Numbered from the stretch's first letter, positions 1-10,267 are shown. The stretch is DNA of 64,000 nt from Hyphomicrobiales bacterium (GCA_041691675.1 JBEPUC010000018.1:1363-65362); one strand, 5' to 3'. Translations and numbers: made by a program. Notes: generated from the letters alone by a model not told the origin.

Positions 1-395
1 TAATCGTGAACCCAGATGGTATCGTCCGGCCGCAGCACCTCCTCCAGATTCTTGGCGAAGAATTCATTGACCCGGAAATACCCGCCGAGGTCGCGGCGGG
101 AAAATTCGGCGAGATCGAGCCGGTAGTGCAGGATCGGCCACAGCACGCGATTGGCAAAGCCGTTGTAGAATTCTTCGTAATCGTCTTTCTGAAGATCGAT
201 CGTGACGTAGGATACGTTTTCTTTGTCGAATGTCTTGGCCGCTCCAGGCGCGGCCTCCGTGACCTTGCCGCTCCAGCCGAACCAGACACCGCCGCGCCGC
301 TTGAGCGCGGGTCTGATCGCTACTTCAAGTCCGCCGGCACGCGCGCCCCCATCTGGAATGCCAACACGATTGGAAACGACGACAAGGCGCGACAA
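1..395 (-). CDS. otsA: Trehalose-6-phosphate synthase, N-terminal part (runs off window start)
   Basis: Not in the ORF track. Manual minus-strand translation from TTG at 395 gives MSRLVVVSNRV...AGGLEVA...GVWFGWSG...YNGFANRVLWPILHYR...WVHDY. RBS GGGGAG upstream; next to otsB. Confidence 0.93.
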   Translation of the reverse strand, partial: MSRLVVVSNRVGIPDGGARAGGLEVAIRPALKRRGGVWFGWSGKVTEAAPGAAKTFDKENVSYVTIDLQKDDYEEFYNGFANRVLWPILHYRLDLAEFSRRDLGGYFRVNEFFAKNLEEVLRPDDTIWVHD

Positions 396-713
396 TTGCT
401 TCATCTCCCCAACTCGACGGCAGCAAGTCTATCGGACTTGAAGTCCACGGGACTGCCTGCCGCCACAATAAAAAATCCACATAACACTTAAAGCCAGCAA
501 ATATCGCCAAATGCCGCAATCATCTCGTTTCGTATCTCGTTTAATCGAAATAAGTCTCGTTCAAAGTCTCGTAGGTCGCCGCCCGCCAAAATGTCTTATC
601 GGTCAACGTAAATTTGCCGTTCGCTAGACAGCCTATACTAACGTCGCAGACTAGCGAAAGTTCATTTCACGCCTCTGCTCACTAACCGCAAACCGAAGCC
701 AAGTGTGTCGGAC

Positions 714-1526
714 CTATGGTGGTTCGGGTTTAAGGCCCGCAAGCCTCTGCAACGCGTGACGCACGTCGGCAGGCGAGCCGAATGTGGCGCAAGCTCCGGC
801 AAAATTGCGACCGACGCCAAATCCGGTGCCGCCAAAATCGGCGAGCGCGGCAAAGGCTGCCGCATCGGTGACGTCGTCGCCGATGAACACGGGCATCCGG
901 CCGGCAAACGGCGCATGCCGCATCAAGGCACGCACGCCATCGCCTTTGTTGATGCCGGGACGCTTGACCTCGAACATCGCCTTGCCCGGCAGAACCTCGG
1001 TGTCTTCGCCGGGAAAGGCGTCGCGGCTTGCGGCGACATGAGCGCGCAATCGGGCTTCTTCGTGCGGTGCCTTGCGAAAATGCAACGCCACCGAATAACC
1101 CTTGTCCTCGAATTCGAGTCCTGTGCCCGGCGTTACCGCCTCGATCAGGCGGCGGCGCATCGCTTCAGGAAGGTCAGCGATGCGCGACACCGAGGCCATT
1201 GCGGAAATCCGCATCTCGGCGCCATGGCCGCCGACCGCCGGCAGCGTCAGCGGGGCAAACAGCAAATCGAGATCGCGGATCGGCCGCCCGCTCACCAGCG
1301 CCAATGCGCCGCCGCACAAGGCAGAAAGACGCGTGAGCGAAGCCTTCAACGTATCGGGGACATCGACCTCGAATGGCGACGGACCGATGTCGATCAACGT
1401 GCCATCGACGTCGAGAAGAAGCGCAATCCGGGCCGGATCGAGTTTCGCGAAAATATTCATCGCGGCGGCGTTGGCCGCAGTACTGTCCGCGACAGTGGCC
1501 GTGTCGTTGGCGCCGGTATGCGTCAC
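714..1526 (-). CDS. otsB: Trehalose-6-phosphate phosphatase (HAD family)
   Basis: DVDGTL motif I, LVSGR, and FIGDDVTD motif. GTG start at 1526 chosen after an AAGGAAG RBS. Confidence 0.92.
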   Translation of the reverse strand: MTHTGANDTATVADSTAANAAAMNIFAKLDPARIALLLDVDGTLIDIGPSPFEVDVPDTLKASLTRLSALCGGALALVSGRPIRDLDLLFAPLTLPAVGGHGAEMRISAMASVSRIADLPEAMRRRLIEAVTPGTGLEFEDKGYSVALHFRKAPHEEARLRAHVAASRDAFPGEDTEVLPGKAMFEVKRPGINKGDGVRALMRHAPFAGRMPVFIGDDVTDAAAFAALADFGGTGFGVGRNFAGACATFGSPADVRHALQRLAGLKPEPP

Positions 1527-1549
1527 CGTCTTCCTTCCGAAAGTTCGCT

Positions 1550-2551
1550 TTAGTGCGCCATCACCTCGACATCGCCATCGACGCCGGTCACGACCTTGAA
1601 CTCGCGCTCGAAGACGTTGCCTTCGTTGCGGGCGATGGCGCGATACTCGCCTTCGGCCAACACGACGCGCGGAAATGCACCGATCGATTCCTTGATGACG
1701 TCGCCGCCCGGCGTGAGCACCGACCACGCGGTATTGGCGAGCGCCTCGCCGCCCTTCTCGTTGACCAATTTGAGCGTAATGACGGCGGCGCGATGGTTGA
1801 CAGTGATGTCGGTGAGCTTGCCGGCCTGGACACGAATATCGGAGCGCACCAGCGAATTGGCGTCGCCATAGTTCGACACGATATAATAGGTGCCGTCCGG
1901 AACGATCACGACCGCACCGGTCGCGACGTGTTCGGCGATCGGCCGCCGGTCGCCGGGTTCGAACTGGCTGCCTTTATAGACATCGAACGAAATCTGGCCT
2001 GCGGGAATGCGGGCATCGCCCACGCGGCCTTCGATCCGCAGACCCCCGGCCGGCAGGTCGAATTCCTCGCGCACGGTCTGGCCGCGCAGATTGACCGGCT
2101 TGACCGCGGTGGCGAGGCCGAAACCGACGTGGACGATGTAATTGCCAGCCGGCAACACCAAAGTCGGCGCCGGCGCTTTCTCTTCGCGCACCATCTTGAA
2201 GTTGCCGCTCGGATCGGGCTTGGCGGCATAAATCCGCCAGGTCAGGCCGCCGCCGATCGGGGGGGCGTTCTTGCCGAAGCGGGCCGACAGCACCAGCGCC
2301 ACCTGGCCCGCCGGCACCATTGGCATCGGCGTCGGCATCATCATCGGCCCCGGCCCTGCCCCGCCGCCGCTGGGCGCGAAGGCATTGCCGCCGAGTGACG
2401 ATCCCGGCGATAGCATGCCGCTCGAGGGCGCCGCCGAAAACAATGAATTCGACTGCGCCGAGGCTTGATCCGGTAATATCAATACCAATGTCAGAACGAG
2501 GAAACCCACCACAAGCGCAGCCAAAGCATCAATCGCCAGTCGGCTCCGCAT
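1550..2551 (-). CDS. Conserved exported hypothetical protein with repeated beta-sandwich modules
   Basis: Long ORF with a hydrophobic N-terminal signal/TM segment, a Gly/Pro linker and three similar modules (LPAGNY, VPDGTY, LAEGEY). Confidence 0.7.
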   Translation of the reverse strand: MRSRLAIDALAALVVGFLVLTLVLILPDQASAQSNSLFSAAPSSGMLSPGSSLGGNAFAPSGGGAGPGPMMMPTPMPMVPAGQVALVLSARFGKNAPPIGGGLTWRIYAAKPDPSGNFKMVREEKAPAPTLVLPAGNYIVHVGFGLATAVKPVNLRGQTVREEFDLPAGGLRIEGRVGDARIPAGQISFDVYKGSQFEPGDRRPIAEHVATGAVVIVPDGTYYIVSNYGDANSLVRSDIRVQAGKLTDITVNHRAAVITLKLVNEKGGEALANTAWSVLTPGGDVIKESIGAFPRVVLAEGEYRAIARNEGNVFEREFKVVTGVDGDVEVMAH

Positions 2552-2694
2552 GACGGGTCCGGAGGCGATGGGGGGATTTGCGGCTGTGCAGCTCATGGGC
2601 TCTATGTTTTCGGCTTAAATCGCGGCGATTTCAAGCCGATAGCAGCGGGTTGCGCCAGGGTGACAAAAGCCCTTATCCGGGAGATAAGATTGGA

Positions 2695-3285
2695 ATGCCA
2701 GACGCTTTAGAACTCTTGAAAAGCCGCCGTTCGGTCAAGCCGATGGAATTGACCGGTCCGGCCCCGACAGCAGCCGAGATCGAAACGCTGTTGACGGTCG
2801 CCTCGCGGGTGCCCGACCACGGTAAGCTGGCGCCCTGGCGTTTTATCGTATTCGACGGCGATGCCCGCCGCGCCGCCGGCGATAAAATCGCCGAGGTCTT
2901 TCGCACGAACAACCCCGACGCCACCCCCGACCAGATTGCCTTCGAGCGTGACCGGCTGTCCCGCGCCCCGCTGGTGATCGCCGTGGTGAGCCGCAGCGCG
3001 CCGCATGCCAAGATTCCGCAATGGGAGCAGCAATTGTCCGCCGGCGCCGCCACCATGAACCTGGTATGGACAGCGTACGCGCTCGGCTTTGCCGCGAGCT
3101 GGCTCACCGAATGGTATGCCTATGATCGCGCTGTGCTCAATGCGCTCGGGCTCGCCGCCGACGAACGCATCGCCGGCTTCGTCCACATCGGACGCCCTGC
3201 CAAGCCGCCCGAGGATCGCGACCGGCCGCCGCTCGCCAGCATCGTCACGCATTATGCCGGCGATCACATGATGAAAGACGAGTGA
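2695..3285 (+). CDS. Nitroreductase family protein (YdjA-like)
   Basis: LKSRRSVK, RVPDHGKLAPWRFIVF and WLTEWYAYD motifs. Confidence 0.9.
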   Translation: MPDALELLKSRRSVKPMELTGPAPTAAEIETLLTVASRVPDHGKLAPWRFIVFDGDARRAAGDKIAEVFRTNNPDATPDQIAFERDRLSRAPLVIAVVSRSAPHAKIPQWEQQLSAGAATMNLVWTAYALGFAASWLTEWYAYDRAVLNALGLAADERIAGFVHIGRPAKPPEDRDRPPLASIVTHYAGDHMMKDE

Positions 3286-3953
3286 TGTTCTACGAGCCGG
3301 AGAAACGCGACACGTCGTTGCTGCCGTACGATCCTTTCAAGGCCATCGTCGCGCCGCGCCCCATTGGCTGGGTCACCTCGATGAGCACGAAAGGCGAGAT
3401 CAATCTCGCGCCTTATTCGTTCTTCAACGGCGTCAACAGCAAGCCCAACCTGGTGATGTTCGGCAGCGAAGGCCGCAAGGACTCGGTCGCCTTCATCGAG
3501 GAGACGAAAGAATTCGTTTGCAACCTCGCGACTTACGATCTGCGCGACAGCATGAACGAGACGGCAGCGCCGCTGGCGCGCGGCGTCAACGAGATGGTGC
3601 GCGCGGGACTGGCGCCCGCGCCCTCGCGCCTGGTCAAGCCGCCGCGCGTCGCCACCGCTCCTTGCGCGCTCGAATGCAAGCTCGTGCGCATCGTACCGAT
3701 GACGACCCATGACGGCGCGCCGGTCGACTGTCACGTGGTGTTCGGCCAGGTGGTCGGAGTTCATATCGACGACCGCTTCATCGTCAACGGCCTGCTCGAT
3801 ACCGCCGCCATGCGGCCGATTGCCCGGTGCGGCTACGATCAATACGCCGTCGTGGAGAGCGTTTTTCGCGATGGAAAGGCCGACCAAATAGCCCCGCAAT
3901 CGCGGATAGCGTTCCCCCGATCTACCCCTGCTATCGCGGTTAATCGGACTTAA
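3282..3953 (+). CDS. Flavin reductase-like protein, probable frameshift near the C-terminus
   Basis: VAPRPIGWVTS, NLAPYSFFN, ECKL and IARCGY motifs. The natural-looking end (VFAMERPTK*, stop 3891) lies in another frame after a T5 run at 3862-3866. Confidence 0.85.
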   Translation: MMFYEPEKRDTSLLPYDPFKAIVAPRPIGWVTSMSTKGEINLAPYSFFNGVNSKPNLVMFGSEGRKDSVAFIEETKEFVCNLATYDLRDSMNETAAPLARGVNEMVRAGLAPAPSRLVKPPRVATAPCALECKLVRIVPMTTHDGAPVDCHVVFGQVVGVHIDDRFIVNGLLDTAAMRPIARCGYDQYAVVESVFRDGKADQIAPQSRIAFPRSTPAIAVNRT

Positions 3954-4094
3954 TTATCGGGTAATCAGAGCGGTGCAGTATGAACGTCATGCTTAGGACA
4001 AGACACGTCGTCAGTTTTCACCATATTGGACCGAATTTCTTGTTCGAGGATTGGTCCGGATCGATGATTGCGCCGGGACTACGGGAGTACGCGG

Positions 4095-5129
4095 TTGGTG
4101 TTTGAGGGCCTTTTTACGCGCACGCGCAACGGCGATCGAGCCGCCGACGCCAACGCGCAAGTCAAACCGGAAATGACGCGACCGACGATCGGTCTTGCGC
4201 TGGGCGGCGGTGCCGCGCGGGGTTTTGCCCACATCGGTGTGATGCGTGCGCTCGAGGCGCACGGCATCGTCCCTGATGTCATCGTCGGGACCTCGATCGG
4301 AGCCGTGGTCGGCGGCTGCTATGCCGGCCGCCAGCTCGACAGCTTCGAGGCTTGGGCGCGTGGGCTGAAAGTCCGCAGCATCTTCAGCTATCTCGATATC
4401 AGCCTGTCCGGCGCCGGTCTCATTAGCGGCAATCACCTGTCCGAGAAATTGAACGAGTCTCTGGGTCAGGATCGCATCGAAGATCTGCCGATCCGCTTTG
4501 CCGCCATCGCCACGGAATTCAACACCGGACACGAAATCTGGCTGACGCGCGGCCGCCTCACCGACGCCATGCGCGCGTCCTATGCCCTGCCCGGCATCTT
4601 TCCGCCCGTGCGTATCGGCGGGCGCTGGCTGGTGGACGGCGCGTTGGTCAATCCGGTGCCGGTATCGGCTGCACGCGCGCTCGGCGCCCGTCTGGTGATT
4701 GCGGTCAATCTGAATGCCGACCTGTTCGGGCGCGGCACCATCATCGCCGACCATGGCTCAAACGAAGAAGACGACGAGGTTGCCGCCGAGTTGGCCAAGC
4801 CGCACGGAATCTCGGACGGCCTGCGTTCAATGCTTGGCGGTAAACGCTCTTTGCGCCGTCAATTCCTCGGCTCGCGCGGCCGGCCCGGCATTCCGACCGT
4901 CATGGTCGAAGCCTTCAACGTCATGCAGGACCGTATCACGCGGGCGCGTCTTGCCGGCGATCCGCCGGACGTGAGTATCAGTCCTCGCCTCGGAAAGATC
5001 GGCTGGTTCGACTTTCATCGCGGCAACGACGCCATTGATCTTGGCGCCGAAGCCGCCGAAAAAGCCTTCGAAGGCATCTCCGAAGCTATCGAAGGCCTGT
5101 CACAGCCCTACGACGACACCGCGAAATAG
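4095..5129 (+). CDS. Patatin-like phospholipase (RssA-like)
   Basis: LGGGAARG, GTSIG nucleophile elbow and DGA motif. Start is approximate. Confidence 0.9.
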   Translation: MVFEGLFTRTRNGDRAADANAQVKPEMTRPTIGLALGGGAARGFAHIGVMRALEAHGIVPDVIVGTSIGAVVGGCYAGRQLDSFEAWARGLKVRSIFSYLDISLSGAGLISGNHLSEKLNESLGQDRIEDLPIRFAAIATEFNTGHEIWLTRGRLTDAMRASYALPGIFPPVRIGGRWLVDGALVNPVPVSAARALGARLVIAVNLNADLFGRGTIIADHGSNEEDDEVAAELAKPHGISDGLRSMLGGKRSLRRQFLGSRGRPGIPTVMVEAFNVMQDRITRARLAGDPPDVSISPRLGKIGWFDFHRGNDAIDLGAEAAEKAFEGISEAIEGLSQPYDDTAK

Positions 5130-5166
5130 CCGACGCTCCGCTCCGAATCTTAAGCGGTGCTCAAGC

Positions 5167-5598
5167 TTAAGCGGTGCGGATGTAGTCGCGCATCGCCTCG
5201 GCATCGCTTTCGATTTCACCGACGCGCTGCTTCACCACGTCACCGATCGACACGACGCCGACCAGCTCGCCGTTCGTCAACACCGGCAAGTGGCGGAACT
5301 TGCCTGCCGTCATTCGCTCCATGATCTCGGCAATGGAATCCTCTTCGCCGCAGGTCATGACGTTGCGCGTCATCACCTGGCCGACCGGAAGATCAAGCGC
5401 CCCGGCGCCATGTTCCGACAACGCCCGCACGATATCGCGCTCGGAAAGAATGCCGGCGAGACGTCCACCGGCGCCGCGAATGACAGCCGCACCGATACGG
5501 TGCGTGCTCAGAAGCTTGGCAGCCGCCGCGAGATCGGCGGTTGGGTCGATGCTGAAAATGTCGCCGCCCTTTGCGGCCAGAATCGTCTTCACGTTCAT
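5167..5598 (-). CDS. CBS domain pair protein
   Basis: GILSERDIVR, VMTRNV and FRHLPV motifs. ATG at 5598 has an RBS. Confidence 0.88.
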   Translation of the reverse strand: MNVKTILAAKGGDIFSIDPTADLAAAAKLLSTHRIGAAVIRGAGGRLAGILSERDIVRALSEHGAGALDLPVGQVMTRNVMTCGEEDSIAEIMERMTAGKFRHLPVLTNGELVGVVSIGDVVKQRVGEIESDAEAMRDYIRTA

Positions 5599-5761
5599 GG
5601 CAGCCTCCATCCCCGGGCTCATTCCGAATTGATGTGCGTTCGCAATCTTTAGGTCCCGGGTGCTTGAGCAACGATCCGTCCGCTGGGGCGGTTCCGTCAA
5701 GCGTAATCGCGCATAGAAGCCCCGCGGAACACCAGCGCTGAGGTTGCAGCGCGCAATAACA

Positions 5762-6532
5762 TCAATGCGGCATTGCATCATTGACGTTGTAGTGCGGAAA
5801 ATCCGGCTTCGGATCGAACCAGGAAAACAGCAGCAATCCGGCAAGAAAACCGCCGATATGCGCCTGCCAGGCCACCGCCGCGTCGCCAGTGCCGCCAAGC
5901 GGCAGCGAAAACAGACCGAAGAGTATGTTGATACCAAACCACACCGCCAGAAATGCCAGCACGCGGGCGTCGCTCAACACGCCGGTCAGCGGGATCGCCG
6001 GCACGCGGAAGGCTTCGTCGTCGGTCGAGCCCAAGGTGCCGAGCGGCCCGCCGCGCTGAAAAGCAAAACGCATCGCCGCCGCCATCGCGCCGGAAATCGC
6101 CGCCGATGCGCCGATCATCGGCGATTGAGAACCGGCATTGGTCAGCAGATGCATCGCCGCGCCGGCGGCTGCCGTGACGATGAAGAACGCCATAAACCGC
6201 GTCGCACCGAAACGGCGCGCTACCGCGCTGCCGAAGGCGAGCAGCCAGATCGCGTTGACCCCGAGATGCGCCCAACTGCCATGCAGCAATGAATACGTGA
6301 CGAACGTCCAGATGTCCGCGCCGACCCCACCCGGCAACAGCCCGCCGAGCACGACGGATGAATCGTAGCGCACCGGGATGAAGGCGAAATTCAGAAGAAC
6401 CCAGACGTCCTGGTCCTCGGTCAACGCGAGCGTGCGCACGACATGGATGAATGCCATCACCGCCAGAAGCGCAACGATGACGGTGGGAATGTTGAACAGC
6501 GGTTCGCGTTTCAAGAGAAGGCATCCATGCAA
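5762..6532 (-). CDS. Rhomboid intramembrane serine protease
   Basis: TYSLLHGSWAHL, GASAA (catalytic Ser) and AHIGGF (catalytic His). Exact start is uncertain. Confidence 0.9.
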   Translation of the reverse strand: MHGCLLLKREPLFNIPTVIVALLAVMAFIHVVRTLALTEDQDVWVLLNFAFIPVRYDSSVVLGGLLPGGVGADIWTFVTYSLLHGSWAHLGVNAIWLLAFGSAVARRFGATRFMAFFIVTAAAGAAMHLLTNAGSQSPMIGASAAISGAMAAAMRFAFQRGGPLGTLGSTDDEAFRVPAIPLTGVLSDARVLAFLAVWFGINILFGLFSLPLGGTGDAAVAWQAHIGGFLAGLLLFSWFDPKPDFPHYNVNDAMPH

Positions 6533-6738
6533 ACAGCGGAGTTAACCCTTAGCCCGCCGCATCGCAAGCAATTGAGCCGGCGATTTTAACGCTAATGGCA
6601 ATGCAACCTGCGCACCGGCCCGCACCGGCACGGGCCCTGCTCCATCCAAGACCAACAGGACGGCAGACGGCGCCATTGTCCCGATCAGGGACAACCGGGA
6701 TGCCGCTCCCGTCTCGCGTTGGAACAGGGTGGCGCAAC

Positions 6739-7413
6739 ATGAAACATGCAACGACGCGTGGGCTGTATGCGTACTGGAACGAGCGGCGCGGCACGCGGGC
6801 TGCGCCGGAACGCAACGATATCGATCCGATGGGACTGCGGCGCGAACTGGGTGACATCTTCATCCTGGCCGCCGACTTTATCGGTCAGCCGCGCTTTCGG
6901 CTGGCGGGAACGCGCGTCTGCGCGGCGTTCGGGCGCGAGATCAAGGGCGAAATTTTTGCCTCATTGTTCAGCGAGACGAGCCGCAAGAGCATCGACGATC
7001 TCATGGCGGTCGTCGACGCCGAAGCGATCGGCGCGGTCGCCGGGCTAACCGGGCGCACCGCCGAAGGCTTGATGGTCAATCTGGAAATGCTCCTGTTGCC
7101 GCTGGCGCATACCGGCCACGCCCGCATTCGCGCCATCGGCGCACTGGTGCCGCTGGTCCCGCCCTACTGGCTCGGCGACAAGCCGGTGGTGGCGCTGCAC
7201 TTAACCGCGCTGCGCCACATAGGCGCCGACGCGGAGATTTTCGATGCGCCGGCCTTCACGCTCGCGCCCGCGCAATCGCCCGAAGAGATAGCCGACGCTA
7301 CTCCCGAACATCAGTCGCCATCGATTGCGGCTCCGGCGGGCCAACGGCTGCGGCACGGATTCGTCGTCTATAGCGGCGGCCGTGAGACGCCGACCGACGA
7401 GCAAACCGGCTAA
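6739..7413 (+). CDS. PAS (PAS_5-like) domain protein
   Basis: MKH...LYAYWNERRG..AP.R.DIDP, FRLAGTRVC and LEMLLLPL, typical of the alphaproteobacterial family. Confidence 0.8.
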   Translation: MKHATTRGLYAYWNERRGTRAAPERNDIDPMGLRRELGDIFILAADFIGQPRFRLAGTRVCAAFGREIKGEIFASLFSETSRKSIDDLMAVVDAEAIGAVAGLTGRTAEGLMVNLEMLLLPLAHTGHARIRAIGALVPLVPPYWLGDKPVVALHLTALRHIGADAEIFDAPAFTLAPAQSPEEIADATPEHQSPSIAAPAGQRLRHGFVVYSGGRETPTDEQTG

Positions 7414-7482
7414 CGAAGCGTTAATCTAACGACCATACGTTCGCCGTCTTAGGGAAATTTCGCCCTGAAAGTCGGCCTCTGC

Positions 7483-8106
7483 ATGGCGCTTCCATTGAGC
7501 AAACCGAAATTCTTGCCGCTCGCCGAGGAGCGGCGCCGGCATCAACGCGTCAAGGTCAATCTGCTCGGCCGCTATATGCTGGCCGATTACCGCGAATTCC
7601 CGTGTCAGGTGGTGGACATGTCGCCGGGCGGCATGGCAGTGGTCGCGCCGATCGCCGGCGCGCCGGGCGAACGTATTATCGCCTACGTCGATCACCTCGG
7701 TAGGCTCGAAGGCAAGATCGCCCGCATCCTCGATACCGGTTTCGCGATGACCATTTCGGCAACCTCGCGGAAACGCGACAAGCTTGCCGCCCAACTCACC
7801 TGGCTCGCCAACCGGCAAATTCTTAACCTGCCGGAAGACCGCCGCCATGGCCGCTTCGTTCCGGCAAATCCGTCGGCGCGGCTTATTCTGCCGAGCGGCG
7901 TCAATGTCACCTGCCGGATCATCGATTTGTCCGCCTCGGGCGCCGCCGTCTCGATCGCGCCGGACCTGCTGCCCCCGGTCGGCACCGCTGTTACCATCGG
8001 CAAGACAGCCGGCCGCGTGGTTCGCCACATCGAGCACGGCTTTGCGGTGGAATTCACCCGGCTCCAGCATCCCGACTTCATCGAAGAAAACGTGACCGGC
8101 GAATAA
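7483..8106 (+). CDS. Tandem PilZ domain c-di-GMP receptor
   Basis: Two RxxxR...DxSxxG motifs (RRHQR/DMSPGG and RRHGR/DLSASG). Confidence 0.88.
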   Translation: MALPLSKPKFLPLAEERRRHQRVKVNLLGRYMLADYREFPCQVVDMSPGGMAVVAPIAGAPGERIIAYVDHLGRLEGKIARILDTGFAMTISATSRKRDKLAAQLTWLANRQILNLPEDRRHGRFVPANPSARLILPSGVNVTCRIIDLSASGAAVSIAPDLLPPVGTAVTIGKTAGRVVRHIEHGFAVEFTRLQHPDFIEENVTGE

Positions 8107-8522
8107 CGCTGCGTCAGGCTTCGCCGGTCGCCCCTGTATCCTTCAAGCGCTTTGACTGGGCGAAGCCCGCGGGCGCGTGTCGCGATGAGCGTGAGCGGCC
8201 GGTCACCTAACTCATTCGAATTGTCTGTATTCCGCGGCCGCGCCGGCGGCCGTTTGCGCGTGCATTCCGGGTATCCCGATAGGCAAGGCAGGCGCCGCAT
8301 GTTCGCCAGACGTCCGCGGCAACTGGCTTTAGCCCCCGTTTTTCAGCCTGAAACGAACGCATGCATAAAATTTTATTCAATTCGTATTCGTTCGAATTTT
8401 AGACAAATTAATCTCAGTATTTCTAAGTATTGTCGGATAATTTTACTACACACTGTCTAAATACTACATAATATACTTAGTTCCACTTCAAATTGTCTGT
8501 GTGACTGTCGCCCCTGGACGAA

Positions 8523-9209
8523 ATGGGAAGGGGCAGTTGCATGTTGGGGTCTACTAAAAACATTATTCGTGTCGCCAGTACTTTGGCGATTACTTGCGGG
8601 ACGCTGGCGTTCTCTATCGCCGGCAGCGTCGCCGGCGAGCGTGTCGCCTCGCTCTACGCCGGTGCGCCAATCGAACGGCCGGTGTTCGCTTCGGTCGGAC
8701 CGGCCACCCGCACGCCAATCGGCTGGACCGAATTCTGCGTCGAATACAAAAGCGAGTGCGCAACCAAGGCTTCGGCGCCGCGCGACATCGTGCTGACCGC
8801 CAAGACCTGGAGCGATCTCGTCAAGGTCAATGCCTGGGTCAACGACAGCATCAAGCCGGTCACCGATCTCGATCATTGGGGCGTGGTCGAGCGCTGGAAC
8901 ATGGGCGAAGACGGCTACGGCGATTGCGAGGATTACGTCCTACTCAAGCGTCACATGCTGATGCAGGCGGGCTGGCCGCGCGAAGCGCTGCTGATCACCG
9001 TGGTGCGCGACAAGAATGACGAAGGCCACGCCGTGCTGACGGTCAAGACCAACCGCGGCGAGTTCGTACTCGACAACCAGGAACCGGAGGTCCTGGCCTG
9101 GAACAAGACGGGATACAAATTCGTCAAGCGTCAGTCCCAGTCCGACCAGAACACCTGGGTCGCACTCGGCGAACCCCGTCAGGCTCCGGCTTACGTGTCG
9201 GCGCGCTGA
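8523..9209 (+). CDS. Transglutaminase-like cysteine proteinase (BTLCP, C93)
   Basis: GDCEDY catalytic Cys, GHAVLTV and LDN motifs; signal peptide. Confidence 0.9.
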   Translation: MGRGSCMLGSTKNIIRVASTLAITCGTLAFSIAGSVAGERVASLYAGAPIERPVFASVGPATRTPIGWTEFCVEYKSECATKASAPRDIVLTAKTWSDLVKVNAWVNDSIKPVTDLDHWGVVERWNMGEDGYGDCEDYVLLKRHMLMQAGWPREALLITVVRDKNDEGHAVLTVKTNRGEFVLDNQEPEVLAWNKTGYKFVKRQSQSDQNTWVALGEPRQAPAYVSAR

Positions 9210-9243
9210 AGCGGCCGGCAACGGCTAGAGAAACAAAGGAACA

Positions 9244-9333
9244 CGCGCACCCGGTCACGTCCCCAAAACTCCCCGTCCCCAGACCGGGTTCGCGCGCGGC
9301 CAGCCTCCCCCCAGAGGCTGGCCGCACCTTTTT
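9244..9333 (+). ncRNA. Candidate 3'-UTR sRNA/terminator with C-rich loops
   Basis: Hairpin CCCGGTC/GACCGGG with a loop holding three TCCCC, then a 12-bp hairpin with a CCCCCA loop, then a T-tract. Confidence 0.45.
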
Positions 9334-9355
9334 GGGGAAGGGCGATTACGGACGC

Positions 9356-9886
9356 CTAGCCCACGCGCTTCAAGCCTTTGGCGTATTGCCTCGCGCGGTT
9401 GACGTAATGATCGGCGCCGCCCTTGATCGAAGCGACCGCTTTTTCATCCAGCGTGCGGATCGCCCGCGCCGGCGCGCCGACGATCAGCGAGTTGTCGGGA
9501 AACGATTTGCCTTCGGTCACGAGCGCCCCGGCCCCGACCAGCGAATTCTTGCCGATTCGCGCGCCGTTGAGCACGATCGCGCCCATGCCGATCAGCGAAT
9601 TGTCGCCGATCGTGCAGCCGTGCAGCATGACCTTGTGGCCGATCACGCAATTGGCGCCGATCACCATCGGGTAGCCCATATCGGTATGCAGCGTCGCGTT
9701 GTCCTGTATCTGCGAGCGCTCGCCCAGTTCGATCCACTCATTGTCGCCGCGCAGCACCGCGCCGAACCAGACGCTGGTTTCGCGCTTGAGCCGCACACGG
9801 CCGATCAGCACCGCGGTCTCGGCAACCCAATATTCGCCCTCACCGGGAAACTCCGGCGCCTGTCCATCGAGTTCGTAAATCGGCAT
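9356..9886 (-). CDS. Gamma carbonic anhydrase family (hexapeptide repeat)
   Basis: VWFGAVLRGDNE, IQDNATLH and GHKVMLHGC motifs. Confidence 0.92.
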   Translation of the reverse strand: MPIYELDGQAPEFPGEGEYWVAETAVLIGRVRLKRETSVWFGAVLRGDNEWIELGERSQIQDNATLHTDMGYPMVIGANCVIGHKVMLHGCTIGDNSLIGMGAIVLNGARIGKNSLVGAGALVTEGKSFPDNSLIVGAPARAIRTLDEKAVASIKGGADHYVNRARQYAKGLKRVG

Positions 9887-9943
9887 GGTCTCTCCCTTTT
9901 CAGGGGGCGAACCTAAGCCACGACGGCGGTAAAATGAAAGCTC

Positions 9944-10267
9944 TTAAGCGAGCAGCAGGCCGGCCGCCTGCACCAGGACCATGCCGGACATCAGGCTCCA
10001 GAAGCCGGCAATCAGCGTCGCCAAAAACACGAACTGGAAGCGGCGGCTGTCCTGCCGGTGGCCCATCAGCGTGTTGCGCATGATCAGGAACGGCGCCGTC
10101 AACATCAACAGCGGCACCGCCGCGAAAGTCTGCGGGCTCGGCCCGGCTGACAGCAGGCCGAAGCTCGGCGGCCGGCTGGTCACAAGCTGATAGGTCGAAC
10201 TGCAAAGGCCGGCGACGGCAAAGCCGAGCGCCAGCGACAGCAACGTCTGTAACGATTCCGGAGTCAT
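9944..10267 (-). CDS. Small conserved membrane protein (DUF6949-like)
   Basis: Three hydrophobic segments and a GFWSLMSG motif; host-like codon usage. Confidence 0.65.
   Translation of the reverse strand: MTPESLQTLLSLALGFAVAGLCSSTYQLVTSRPPSFGLLSAGPSPQTFAAVPLLMLTAPFLIMRNTLMGHRQDSRRFQFVFLATLIAGFWSLMSGMVLVQAAGLLLA

Noticed and set aside
6-491. 161-aa plus-strand ORF, and many similar long antisense ORFs (705-1553, 11279-12655, 17168-18226, 32576-33649, 60617-62485)
   Set aside because: Shadow frames of real opposite-strand genes in GC-rich DNA; 6-491 is the antisense of otsA.
6500-6532. Frameshift at the rhomboid start (ATG GAT GCC out of frame)
   Set aside because: An in-frame TTG or ATG start is available; cannot be decided without reads.
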